A stretch of DNA of 64,000 nt from an uncultured Chloroflexia bacterium (lineage in GTDB: Bacteria > Chloroflexota > Limnocylindria > Limnocylindrales > CSP1-4): the NCBI GenBank assembly GCA_963752475.1, contig CAVVYR010000013.1:642-64641 (forward strand), read 5' to 3'. A program made the position numbers and the translations under genes. Below the pieces are notes generated by a model. It saw only the letters and a program-made list of their open reading frames with translations, was not told the origin of the DNA and made no database searches. Below are positions 9,235-19,338 of this stretch, piece by piece; within the stretch, counting starts at the first letter, position 1, and each line of letters opens with the position of its first letter.

Positions 9235-10851
9235 ATGAACGGACTCGGGCGCATCGCGCTGTCTATCACGCTGGCCCTCAGCGGCCTGAGCACAGGCACT
9301 GCCACGCTGGCCCAGGTCGACGCCGATTCCGAGCCACCCGCCACGCTCGCAGAGCGGGAGGTCTTCGGCTTCCTGCCCTACTGGGAGCTGGCGCGGGCCT
9401 CCTCGATCGACTTCGGCGTGCTGACCACGCTGGCCTGGTTCGGCGTAGAGGCCGGCCGTGATGGGCGGCTCATCCGGGAGGACACCGAGGGAGAGCCGAC
9501 GCGCGGGTGGGCCGGCTGGACGAGCGATGAGTTCGCAGCGATCAGGGAGCAGGCACGAGCCGCGGGCGTGCGCGTCGTCCTCACCGTGGAGCGCTTCTCG
9601 TGGACCACGTCAGGTAAGCGGGCCACGAAGCGGTTGCTCAGGGACCCAGAGGCGCGCCAGGCGCTCGTCGGCGAGATCGCCGAGGCCGTGGCCGAGGCCG
9701 GTGCCGACGGGGTCAACCTCGACTTCGAGCCGCTGCCGCAGTCGGTGCGCGGGGAGTTCGTGCGGTTCGTGCGCGCCGTGCGCCGTGCGCTCGATGTGGT
9801 CGACCCGTCGCTGCAGTTGACCTTCGACCTCACGCCCGACGTGACGTCCTTCCCGCTGCGCAGGCTAGTGGCCGATGGCGCTGCCGACGCTGCCGTGCTC
9901 ATGGGCTACGAGTACCGCACTCCAGGAAGCAAGGTCGCGGGATCGGTCGCACCGCTGCGTGTCAAGGGTGGGCTCGACGTGCGCGGTTCGATCAACCTGG
10001 CGCTCAAGAAGGCCCCGGCCGGGGCGGTGATCCTGGCCATGCCCTGGTATGGCCGGGCGTGGTCGACGCGGACCGACGAGCCCGACTCCCGGACCCGCGG
10101 CGGCGAGCGCTACCTCGACCCCTCGACCGCCTTCTACCGCGTCTCGCTACCGCGGGCGGCGATCGCGGGGCGCGGGTGGGACCAGCAGCAGGGTTCGGCC
10201 TGGAGCGTCTACCGCTCACAGGCCTGTGACACCTGTCCGGTTAGCTGGCGGCAGCTGTGGTACGACGACGTCGACAGCGTGCGGGCCAAGGTCGGGCTTG
10301 CCCGGCGCAAGGGCCTGCGTGGCGTCGGCATCTGGGCGCTCGGCTACGACGGCGAACGGTCCGAGCTGTGGTCGGCCCTGCGCTACGGTCTCGAGCGGCC
10401 GAAGGACCAGGAGCCACCCGCGGGCACAGCCACGATCGCTGCCGCGAGCATCCTCGGGGAGCACGACGGTGTGCCGCTCGTGGGCGAGACGGCCAGACTT
10501 GCGCTGGAGGCGTCCGATGGCGACGGCAGCGGCCTCGCCTTCGTGCGTGTGTCAGGCAGGGGCAAGCGCAACGACGACGGCTCGCTCAAGGGCGGGACGA
10601 CGTTCCCAGCCGTGGACTCCCTGGTCATCTCGTTGCCCGAAGTGACCGCCGTGGACGAGGTCTTCGTGCCCGGCGCCGTAGCCGAGGCGAGCCCCTCCGC
10701 TTCGGTATCGCCCGAACGCGATCCGTCACCGCCGCCCGAACCGGAGCCGGTGAGCATCCGCGTCCAGTGGCGCGACATCGCCGGCAACTGGTCGACTCCG
10801 GTGAGGATCGACGTGGCCTACCAGCCTCCGGCGGGGTCGGCGGGCGAGTGA
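9235..10851 (+). CDS. Secreted glycoside hydrolase family 18-like protein.
   Basis: 538-aa ORF with an N-terminal signal-like segment. It has the catalytic-type motif DGVNLDFEP, the VFGFLPYWE start of the GH18 barrel, and GVGIWALGYD. Confidence 0.75.
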   Translation: MNGLGRIALSITLALSGLSTGTATLAQVDADSEPPATLAEREVFGFLPYWELARASSIDFGVLTTLAWFGVEAGRDGRLIREDTEGEPTRGWAGWTSDEFAAIREQARAAGVRVVLTVERFSWTTSGKRATKRLLRDPEARQALVGEIAEAVAEAGADGVNLDFEPLPQSVRGEFVRFVRAVRRALDVVDPSLQLTFDLTPDVTSFPLRRLVADGAADAAVLMGYEYRTPGSKVAGSVAPLRVKGGLDVRGSINLALKKAPAGAVILAMPWYGRAWSTRTDEPDSRTRGGERYLDPSTAFYRVSLPRAAIAGRGWDQQQGSAWSVYRSQACDTCPVSWRQLWYDDVDSVRAKVGLARRKGLRGVGIWALGYDGERSELWSALRYGLERPKDQEPPAGTATIAAASILGEHDGVPLVGETARLALEASDGDGSGLAFVRVSGRGKRNDDGSLKGGTTFPAVDSLVISLPEVTAVDEVFVPGAVAEASPSASVSPERDPSPPPEPEPVSIRVQWRDIAGNWSTPVRIDVAYQPPAGSAGE

Positions 10852-10914
10852 CCCGCGGCGCGACGGTGAGGCCCCGGGAACGTTCGGGCAGGAGCGCTGG
10901 CCGCGAGCCGAGGC

Positions 10915-11729
10915 TCAGCCCCTGACGCAGGCCTCACGAAGGGCGCGCGCCAGCTCAGACATGGACTCGATGTCCGTGCCGTCGGGACCCAGGGCGTCGA
11001 TGAGTGCGGAGGCCGTGATGACGCCGTCCGCCACCGGTGCCAGCTGCTTCGCGTGCTTCGGCTTGGAGACACCGAAACCGACGGCGACCGGCACGGGGCT
11101 CACCTCCTGCACGGTGCGCAGGAACTTCTTGACGCCCGGGGGCAGCGATGTGCGCGCACCGGTCACGCCGGCCAACGAGACCGCATAGAGGAAACCTTGC
11201 GAGCGCTTGGCTACATAGGGCATCCGGTCGGGCGTGGTGGTCGGGGCCACGAGGTAGATGAGCCCGATACCCACGGCCGCAGCCTCCGCCTCCAGCGCTT
11301 CGCTACTCGTCGGGCGTGATGTCGGCGAGGATGAAGCCCGACACGCCGGCATCGGCCAGCCGCTTGCAGCACCGTCGAGCCGTCCGCCCCACCGAGCACC
11401 TGGTTGCAGTAGCCCATCGTCACGATCGGCGTCTTGGGCCGGGCCTCGTGGATGCGGCCGATGAGCTCGATCGAGTCATCGAGCGTGGCTCCAGCCGCCA
11501 GCGCCACCGACGACGCGCGCTGGATCGTCGCGCCATCGGCCAGGGGGTCCGAGTACGGCAGCCCGACCTCCAGCACGTCCGCCCCGGCGTCGATGAGCGC
11601 CACGGCTACATCCAGGGACGTCGCGGCATCGGGGTAGCCGGCCGTGGCGAAGGGGATGAAGGCCGCGCGCCCCTGGTCGTTAGCCTTGCGAATGGCCTTG
11701 CGGATTCGAGTCCCGCCCTTCGCCTTCAC
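10915..11729 (-). pseudogene. trpA: Tryptophan synthase alpha chain, two frame changes as sequenced.
   Basis: The N-terminal frame 11211..11729 has AFIPFATAGYPD and LEVGLPYSDPLADG. A middle frame reads RLADAGVSGFILADITPDE. The C-terminal frame 10915..11352 has IGLIYLVAPTT, LAGVTGART and VAVGFGVS. Shifts lie near 11375 (extra A in an AA run) and near 11313-11318. The GTG start overlaps the trpB TGA (GTGA). Confidence 0.8.
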
Positions 11730-13025
11730 GCCCGGCCCCCTTCCATCCCGGCCATCAGCCGATCCTCGACCGCGGCGATGTCCTTGTCGCCACGCCCGGA
11801 CAGGCCGAGCAGGATGACGTCGTCCTTGCCCGCGGCCTTGATCCCCTCTCCGGCCAGCAGGTCGGTCAGCGCGTAGATCGCATGCGCCGGTTCCAGCGCG
11901 GGCAGGATGCCCTCCGTTCGCGTCAGCAGGCGCATGCCCTCGAGCGCCTCGTCGTCGGTAGCGCTGAGGATCTCGACCCGACCGGCCTCGTAGAGCGCGG
12001 AGAGCTGCGGCCCGATACCCGGGTAATCCAGCCCGGCGCTGATGGAGAAGGCCTCGGTGATCTGGCCGTCGTCGTCCTGCAGCAGGTACGAGCGCGAACC
12101 GTGGAGCACGCCAGCGTGACCACCGGAGAGCGCTGCCGCGTGTCGCCCATCGAGTCCCTCACCTGCCGCCTCGACGCCGATGAGCCGCGTACCGGTCTCG
12201 CCGATGAAGCGGGCGAAGCAGGCCCATCGCGTTGGAGCCGCCGCCGACGCAGGCGATGGCGATGTCGGGAAGACGACCCTCGGCCGCTCGGACCTGTTCG
12301 GCCCCCTCGTCGCCCAGGACCCGCTGGAGGTCCCGGACCAGGCTCGGGAAGGGATGCGGCCCGACCGCCGAACCGAGCACGTAGTGACTCGTCTCGACAT
12401 GCGTGACCCATGCGCGCATGGCCTCGTTGGTGGCGTCCTTGAGGGTGCTCGTGCCGCTGGTGACCTCGCGGACCTCGGCACCGAGCGCGCGCATGCGCAG
12501 CACGTTCGGCGCCTGGCGCACGATGTCCTCGGCACCCATGTAGACGGTGCACTCGAGGTCGAGCAGCGCACAGGCGGTGGCGGTGGCCACGCCATGCTGG
12601 CCCGCACCGGTCTCGGCGATGACGCGGCCTTTGCCCAGCCGCTTGGTGAGCAGGGCCTGGCCGAGAGCGTTGTTGATCTTGTGCGCCCCGGTGTGGTCGA
12701 GATCCTCGCGCTTGAGGTAGAGCCGCAGGTTCCCGGGCTCTCGGCCCGTTCGGCGCTCGAGCTCCGCGGCGAGGCGGTCGGCGCGATAGATCGGCGTTGG
12801 CCGACCGACGTAGGTGTTCAGCAGCTCACGCAGCTCCGCCCAGAACGTGGGGTCCCGGCGGATCTCCTCGTAGGCCGCCTCGAGCTCGAGCAGCGCGGCC
12901 ATCAAGGTTTCGGGCACGAAGCGGCCGCCGAACGAACGGTCGGTACCCCAGCGGCCGGCCTCATCAGCCTCCAGCAGCCCGGGGTCCACCGGACGCGGCC
13001 CGAACGGGACGGTCGGCAGGTCCAT
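11726..13025 (-). pseudogene. trpB: Tryptophan synthase beta domain. One frame change. It lies in the same reading frame as the upstream TrpF domain.
   Basis: Motifs: [20 protein letters not shown] (PLP lysine), [20 protein letters not shown]. After a shift near 12218-12221 the sequence continues as [21 protein letters not shown] ... LSGRGDKD in frame 11726..12607. Confidence 0.85.
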
Positions 13026-13701
13026 GCGCGCGGCGTTGGCACGCTTGACCAGCAGCGCCACCGCCAGCGGGTCCTTGTAGGGACGGCCCTTGGGCTTCGG
13101 CCGCGGCTCGACACCACTCGAGACGTCGACGCCGATGGCCGCCACATCGAGCAACGCCCCGCGCACGTTGGCGGCGGTCAGGCCACCGGCGAGGATGACG
13201 GGCACGCGGTCGGCGATGGCGCGCGCGGCCTTGACCGAGGCGCGTCGGCCGGTGCCGCCCTTGCGCTTGGGGTCGGACGTGTCGAGCAGGATCGCCTGCA
13301 GGTTGGACTTGGCCTCGTACTCGGCGAGGCGCTCCTCGATCCCATCGGCCGAGGCGTCGGGGTCGTCAGCGGGCGGGATGTGGAAGGCCTTGAGCACCGG
13401 CAGGGGGATCTTGTCGAGGTCGCCCGCGGGCTCGTCGCCGCTCAGCTGCACCGCGTCGAGGTCGAAGCGAGCGGCGATCGCTGGCCACCTCACGCGGCGG
13501 CCGATCGGCGAAGACGCCCACCAGCATCGGGCCGTTGCCGGGTGCATCCGACGCGCGTGCCGAGGCCACGAGCGCGGCCGCCTCCGCGTCATCGAGAGCG
13601 CGCGGCGTGCCGGGCACGAAGTTCAGGCCGATGGCGTCAGCACCGGCGGCGATGGCCGCGTCGAGCCCGGCCGGCTCGGTGATGCCGCAGATCTTGACGA
13701 A
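13026..13701 (-). pseudogene. trpF: Phosphoribosylanthranilate isomerase domain. It is fused upstream to TrpC and downstream to TrpB. One frame change.
   Basis: Motifs: FVKICGIT, AIGLNFV, then a shift near 13482, then [37 protein letters not shown]. No stop codon separates it from the TrpC or TrpB homology. Confidence 0.75.
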
Positions 13702-14556
13702 TGGCGCGCGGCCGTCGACGGCAGGGTCCACGCCCGGCGCGGGCACGGAACCGGCGCCCACCAATACGGACACGCGCGCCTCCACGGCCGCGGGATCGGA
13801 GCCGGAACGCATGAGGTCCTCACCGACGAGGGCACCGTCGAACCCAAGGGCGCGCCAGCGGCGGACGATCGCCGCGTCGCGGACACCGGACTCGGCGATG
13901 ACGATGCGATCGTCAGGCACCTGCGCGCGCAGCCGCTCGCAGAGGGCGGTGTCGACCTCCAGCGTCTTGAGGTTGCGGTTGTTGATGCCGATGAGCCGGG
14001 CGCGCGTCTGCAGCGCGTTCTCCAGCTCCTTCGCAGAGTGGGCCTCGACGAGCGGCTCCAGGCCCACCTCCAGCGCCACATCGACGAGCCTTGCTAACCG
14101 CTTCGGCGGATGCAACGCGGCAAGCAGCAGGACCGCGTCGGCCCCGGCGGCGCGCAGGAGCGGCAGCTGCCGCTCATCGACCACGAACTCCTTGGCCAGG
14201 ACCGGCAGGCTCGTGGCGGCACGCGCCGCCTTGAGGTCCTTGAGCGAGCCACCGAACCAGTGCGGCTCCACGAGCACGCTGATGAGTGAGGCCCCGCCGG
14301 CCTGGTAGGCGCGGGCGCGCTCGGCCACGTTCAGCCGCTTGGCGGCGAGCTTCCCGGCCGAGGGCGAGGAGCGCTTGATCTCCGCGATCAGATGCAGGCC
14401 CGGACGCGCGAAGCGGGCGGCCACCTCGCGGCGTCGCGGGCCCTTGGCCGCTTCGGCTAGTCAAGCTCCTCGAGCGTCGACCGTCCCAAGCTCGGCATCG
14501 ATGTCTTCGGCGCGGCGCTCGGCGATCTCGGCGAGGACGGAGCGGTTGCGGGCCAT
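13702..14556 (-). pseudogene. trpC: Indole-3-glycerol-phosphate synthase domain. The N-terminus is interrupted by an in-frame TGA or a paired frame change.
   Basis: The ATG at 14554-14556 overlaps the trpD stop. The sequence reads MARNRSVLAEIAERRAEDIDAELGTVDARGA-TGA(14461-14463)-LAEAAKGPRRREVAARFARPGLHLIAEIKRSSPS. Further motifs: ISVLVEP, KEFVVD, IGINNRNL, IAESG. Confidence 0.8.
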
Positions 14557-15607
14557 CAGTCGGCATTTGCCTCGGTGGCGCTGGCCCGCAGGCGCTCCAG
14601 CTGCCCGCGCGCGGCACCCGAGGCGATGGTCTCGGCGGCCAGCTCGACGCCGGACCGGAGATCGTCGGCCTGCCCAGCCACGACCAGCGCAGCGCCGGCG
14701 TTGAGGGCCACGATGTCGTGCTTGGCACCGGCCTCCTCGCCCTCGAAGATGGCCACGATGAGGGCCGCGTTCTCCTCGCCGGTGCCACCACCGAAGGCCT
14801 CGGTCGGCGCTGCGGCGAGCCCGACGTCGACGGCACTCACCGTTCGCCGCTCCACGCCGTCGGCGCTGACGTCGTAGATGACGCCAGAGCCATCGAGCGG
14901 CAGCTCATCGAGGCGGTCACCGTGGACCACGAACGCGCGCTCCGAGCCCAACTCGTGCAGCGCCGCGGCGACCGACTCGGCAGCCGCGGCATCGGGCACT
15001 CCTACGAGCTGGCGGCGCGGGCGAGCCGGGTTCGCCGAGCGGACCGATCATGTTGAAGGCGGTCTTCACGCCCAGCTCCATGCGTACCGGACCGGCATGA
15101 CGCATGCCCGGGTGGAACGAGGGCGCGTGCAGGTAGGCGAAGCCGTTGTCGCGCAGCGAGGCCTCGGCCGACTCGGCCGACTGCTCCACGGTCAGTCCCA
15201 GCGCATGCATGACATCGGATGAGCCGGCCTGCGACGAGACCGCCCGGTTGCCGGCCTTGGCCACCGGCACGCCGGCAGCAGCCACCACCAGCGCGGAGGC
15301 CGTCGAGATGTTGAACGTGCCGCGCACGTCGCCACCGGTGCCGCAGGTGTCGATCGTGCCCTCGGGCGCCTGCACCGCGTGGGCCCGCGAGCGCATCGCC
15401 CGCACGAAGCCCGCCAGCTCAGCCGGGCGTCTCGCCGCGCGCGTGCATGCCGACGAGCATGCCGCCGAGCTGCGCGGGGGTGACCTCGCCATCGAGCACC
15501 GCGGCCATGAAGGCTTCGGCGGCTTCGGGCGTCAGGGGCTGGCCGGTCGAGACCGCGCGCAATGCGTCGCGGAGTGGACTCGGAAGTGGGTTCGGGCATC
15601 TCCGCAT
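14556..15607 (-). pseudogene. trpD: Anthranilate phosphoribosyltransferase, two frame changes.
   Basis: The homology spans three frames: PLTPEAAEAFMAAVLDGEVTPAQLGGMLVGMHARGETP (15419..15607), ELAGFVRAMR...DTCGTGGDVRGTFNISTASALVVAAAGVPVAKAGNRAVSS...AFNMIGPL (14917..15492), and ANPARPRRQLVGVPDAAAAES...ALNAGAALVV (14556..). The shifts are reconstructable as single extra bases at ~15425-15427 and ~15035. Confidence 0.85.
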
Positions 15608-15659
15608 GCTACAAGAGCGGCGGACCGTACCGCGTGGCTGCCCCTGCTATCGTGCCGCG

Positions 15660-16397
15660 GTGACCATCGACGAGCGCCCCCCGGCCGATAGCGCGAACGA
15701 CTCCCCCACCGCCGAAGACGTGCGCGTGGCCTTCGCCGACACGTGGGGAGACATGGGCCCGGCCTGGAACGTAACGCCGTCGGTCGCGCGTGTCCACGGC
15801 TACCTCCTCGTCGATGGCGGCACCCTCACCGAACGTGACATCCGCGAGGCCCTGGGCTTGTCCCACCGCGCCGCCTCTCTGGCCCTCGCCGAGCTGGAGG
15901 AGTGGCGACTGGTCGAGCGCGGCGACGATGCCCCGCGCGACACACGACCCGGTCCTTCGGCTGTAGCCTGGCGCGTCGTCGGCGATCGCTGGCGCTGGTT
16001 CCAGCGAGTGGCAGAAGAACGTCGCGCGCGCGAGGCCGATCCGCTGCAGCCCCGCCTCGCGGTCTGCCTCGAGCTGGCGGAGGAGGCCGTCGAAGCAGCC
16101 CCGGACGACGAGGAGACCCAGCGGCTGCATCTGTGGATCGCCGAGATCCAGGGCCTGGCCACGCTGTTCGATCGCGCGTTGCGGGCACTCTCCCGCGCCG
16201 AGACCGGCGAGATCCAGGCCGGCTTTGCGGTCCTCTCGCAGGTGTCCGATGAGACGCTCGACAACCTCCTGCGCCTCTTCGGCTCGCTGCCCGAGGACGA
16301 GCTGGCCGAGACGCTCGAGGCCGTCGCCCGCACCTCGCCGACCACCGCCCGCCGCGTCATGAAGGCCGCAGCACGAGTGGCGCGCCTCTCCCGCTGA
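15660..16397 (+). CDS. MarR/GbsR-like winged-helix transcriptional regulator.
   Basis: The sequence VARVHGYLLVDGGTLTERDIREALGLSHRAASLALAELEEWRLVER resembles GbsR/MarR wHTH regions. It is divergent from trpD. The GTG start at 15660 was chosen because the longer ORF (from 15447) overlaps trpD. The start is uncertain. Confidence 0.55.
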   Translation: MTIDERPPADSANDSPTAEDVRVAFADTWGDMGPAWNVTPSVARVHGYLLVDGGTLTERDIREALGLSHRAASLALAELEEWRLVERGDDAPRDTRPGPSAVAWRVVGDRWRWFQRVAEERRAREADPLQPRLAVCLELAEEAVEAAPDDEETQRLHLWIAEIQGLATLFDRALRALSRAETGEIQAGFAVLSQVSDETLDNLLRLFGSLPEDELAETLEAVARTSPTTARRVMKAAARVARLSR

Positions 16398-16420
16398 CCC
16401 CCCGTACACAGGAGCCCCCG

Positions 16421-17381
16421 ATGGAAACCCGCTGGCCCTCCCTCCCGACCGCCGCCTGGGCCGACACGCTCGAGACGTTGCACCTCTACACCCAGGTCGT
16501 GGGCAAGGTCCGCATGGGCTACGGCCCGTGGATCAACCACGCGTGGGGCGTGACGCTCTATGTCACGCCACGCGGGCTCACGACCGGCATCGTGCCCCAC
16601 GGCGATGACGCCTTCGAGGCCCGGCTCGACCTGCTCGATAGTGAGCTGGTCGTCGAGACCGCCAGCGGCGGCCGCAAGAGGGTCCCGCTCGAGACGACCG
16701 TCTCGCGTTTCTACGGCGCGGTGATGGCGGCGTTCGAGCGGCTGGGCCTGCCGGTGAGCATCGACCCGCTGCCCTCGGAGATCGCAGGCGCCATCCCCTT
16801 CCACGAGGACATGCAGCACGGGCCCTATGACCCGGCCCACGCTCAGCTGATGCTCCGCGCGTGGATCGACAGCGAGCGCGTGATGAACCGCTTCCGCGCG
16901 CGGTTCACCGGCAAGGCCAGCCCGGTCCAGCTGTACTGGGGCGGCTTCGACCTGGCCACGTATCGCTTCTCTGGCCGTACCGCTCCACCCCATCCGGGCG
17001 GCGCGCCGAACTTCCCCCTCGACGTGGCCCAGGAGTCGTACACAGCACGAGGTCACGGCCGTGGGCCTGTGGTTCGGATCGCGCGAGGTGCCGCAGCCCA
17101 GCTACTTCGCCTACACGTATCCGGAACCCGACGGCATCGCGGAGGCGACCGTGGAGCCCGAAGCGGCGGCCTGGAGCGCGACCGGCGGCAGCTTCAGCCT
17201 GCCCTACGAGGCCGTGCGCACGTCAAAGGACCCCGACGCCGCCCTGCTGGCCTTCTTCGAGTCCACCCACGCGGCCGGTGCCGACCTGGCCCGCTGGGAC
17301 CGCGAGGCCCTCGAGCTGACGCCGCCCAAGGGTGCCGATTGGTGGCGCAGCCGCTCCAGGCGCGTCGCGCGCGAAGGCTGA
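16421..17381 (+). pseudogene. DUF5996-like protein with one frame change near 17045.
   Basis: The N-terminal part has WPSLPTAAWADTLETLHLYTQVVGKVRMGYGPWINHAWGVTLYVTPRGLTTG (as I recall the DUF5996 family). The homology-like sequence continues in frame 17061..17381 (HEVTAVGLWFGSREVPQPSYFAYTYPEP). Confidence 0.55.
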
Positions 17382-17454
17382 GCGGGGGACCCGTATAGCA
17401 CAGGCCGCGCGCCCGTACGGGGATAGGGAACCGTTCGCTTCGTAGAATCGTCGG

Positions 17455-18498
17455 ATGAGTGATACCACGATCGACGCCCCCTCGATGAACGGATTGATCA
17501 AGCGCGACACGGGAGCCGAGAACGTCGGCCTGGGCGAGGTGCCCAAGCCATCACCCGGGCCTGACGAGGTCCTCATCGCGGTCTCCGCCACGGGCATCTG
17601 CGGCACGGACCTGCACATCTGTGACGACGAGTTCCCCAGCACCCCACCGGTGGTCATGGGCCACGAGGTCACCGGGCGGGTCGTCGAGGCCGGCGCTGAC
17701 GCCGAGGACTGGATCGGAAGGCGCGTAAGTCCCGAGACCTACTTCTACACCTGCGACCGCTGCCACGCCTGCCTCGCCGGCCGACGCAACCTGTGCCCGA
17801 CACGCAAGTCCATCGGCAGCCACGTCAACGGCGGCTTCGCGAGCTACGTGGTCGTACCCCAGCGCAACCTCCACGAGGTTCACGAGTCGGTCGGTGAGCA
17901 CGCCGGAGCGCTCTACGAGCCGCTCTCGTGCGTCGCCCAGTGCCTCTGCGATCCGGCTGTCGCCTCTCCCGGCGACACGGCGCTCGTGGTCGGGCCCGGG
18001 GCCATGGGCATCCTCACCGCGCAGGTGCTCAGGAGCCAGGGGGCCGAGGTCACCATCAGCGGCACCTCCGGCGATCAGCGCCGCCTCGAGATCGCTGAGT
18101 CGCTCGGACTCACCCCCGTCTTCGCGGGTGACCTCGAGGGCATCGTTCCGGGCGTGGGCTTCGATGTCGTGGCCGATGCATCAGGCAACGAGAAGGGCAT
18201 CGACGCGGGCCTGCGCGCGGTGCGCAAGGGCGGCCACTACGTCCAGGTCGGCCTCACCGGCAAGCCCATCAGCGTCGACATCGACCTGATCTGCCTGAAG
18301 GAGCTGGTCGTGACCTCGGGCTTCGCCTCTACGCCCCGCTCGTGGCACCGCGTCGAGAAGCTCATCGCCTCGGGCGCCGTCGTGCTCGACCCGCTCGTCA
18401 CCGACGTCTCACCGCTCTCGGAGTGGGAGACCTCGTTCGCTCGTACCCGCAAGGCGGATGGACTCAAGCTGATGCTCGATCCGCGCATGGATGCCTAG
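17455..18498 (+). CDS. Zinc-dependent medium-chain dehydrogenase (sorbitol/threonine dehydrogenase-like).
   Basis: 347 aa. Motifs: GICGTDLH, GHEVTGRVVEAG, structural-zinc Cys cluster CDRCHACLAGRRNLC, VVGPGAMG. Confidence 0.8.
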   Translation: MSDTTIDAPSMNGLIKRDTGAENVGLGEVPKPSPGPDEVLIAVSATGICGTDLHICDDEFPSTPPVVMGHEVTGRVVEAGADAEDWIGRRVSPETYFYTCDRCHACLAGRRNLCPTRKSIGSHVNGGFASYVVVPQRNLHEVHESVGEHAGALYEPLSCVAQCLCDPAVASPGDTALVVGPGAMGILTAQVLRSQGAEVTISGTSGDQRRLEIAESLGLTPVFAGDLEGIVPGVGFDVVADASGNEKGIDAGLRAVRKGGHYVQVGLTGKPISVDIDLICLKELVVTSGFASTPRSWHRVEKLIASGAVVLDPLVTDVSPLSEWETSFARTRKADGLKLMLDPRMDA

Positions 18499-18507
18499 GA
18501 GGACCAC

Positions 18508-19320
18508 ATGAGCACCACCTTCAGCCTGGAAGGCAAGAATGCCGTCGTCACGGGCCTCTCCACGGGCATCGGCCGAGCCATCGCGGAAGCCCTCGCGCGC
18601 GAAGGCGCCAACGTCGCCGGCGACTACCAGAAGGATGCCGAGGGCGCGGCCATCACGCAGGGCCTGATCGAGGCCCAGGGGCGCGAGGCGCTGATCGTGC
18701 AAGGCTCGACCGCGGACGAAGCCCACATCGACGACATGGCCGACCAGGTCGTGGCGCGCTGGGGCAGCCTCGACATCTGGGTCAACAACGCCGCGCGCAT
18801 CTTCGTCAAGCCGTTCATCGAGATGACGACCGAGGAGTGGCACGGGCTGCTCGCGGCCAACCTCCACGGCTACATGCTCGGCTGCCGGGCGGCGGCGCGG
18901 AAGATGGCGGCCCAGGACGGGCCCGGCCGGATCATCAACATCACCAGCCAGTCGAGCGTCCAGGCCATCAACGGCTTCAGCGCCTACTCCACGGCCAAGG
19001 GCGGCATCAGCGGGCTCACCAAGGTCCTCGCGATGGAGCTGGCCGAGCACGACATCACGGTCAACGCCGTGGCGCCCGGGCCCACCGACACGCCGCTCAA
19101 CACCACCGCCTGGACACCCAAGGCACGACAGACCTACATCGAGCGCATCGGGCTCCACCGCATCGCCACGGCCGAAGAGTCGGCCGATGTCGTGTGCTTC
19201 GTGGCTTCGCATGCCTCGCGCTTCATGACCGGGCAGGAGATCGTCGTCGACGGCGGCCTCTCCATCAACGGCAACGTCGGCCATGCCGCCACCGACATCG
19301 AGGGCGGCGCCGCCGAGTAG
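18508..19320 (+). CDS. Short-chain dehydrogenase/reductase.
   Basis: 270 aa. Motifs: TGLSTGIGRAIA, NNAA, YSTAKGG (YxxxK). Confidence 0.8.
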   Translation: MSTTFSLEGKNAVVTGLSTGIGRAIAEALAREGANVAGDYQKDAEGAAITQGLIEAQGREALIVQGSTADEAHIDDMADQVVARWGSLDIWVNNAARIFVKPFIEMTTEEWHGLLAANLHGYMLGCRAAARKMAAQDGPGRIINITSQSSVQAINGFSAYSTAKGGISGLTKVLAMELAEHDITVNAVAPGPTDTPLNTTAWTPKARQTYIERIGLHRIATAEESADVVCFVASHASRFMTGQEIVVDGGLSINGNVGHAATDIEGGAAE

Positions 19321-19338
19321 CACGCCACGGGGCGGCGA

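Noticed and set aside
14461-14463. In-frame TGA in trpC considered as stop-codon recoding or a clean nonsense mutation.
   Set aside because: All other genes end normally at TGA/TAG/TAA. The +1 frame across 14464-14485 reads TLEELD, which resembles the conserved TrpC N-terminal region better than the in-frame DARGA. A closely spaced +1/-1 indel pair is therefore the simpler explanation. Recoding in a 70 % GC genome is unsupported.
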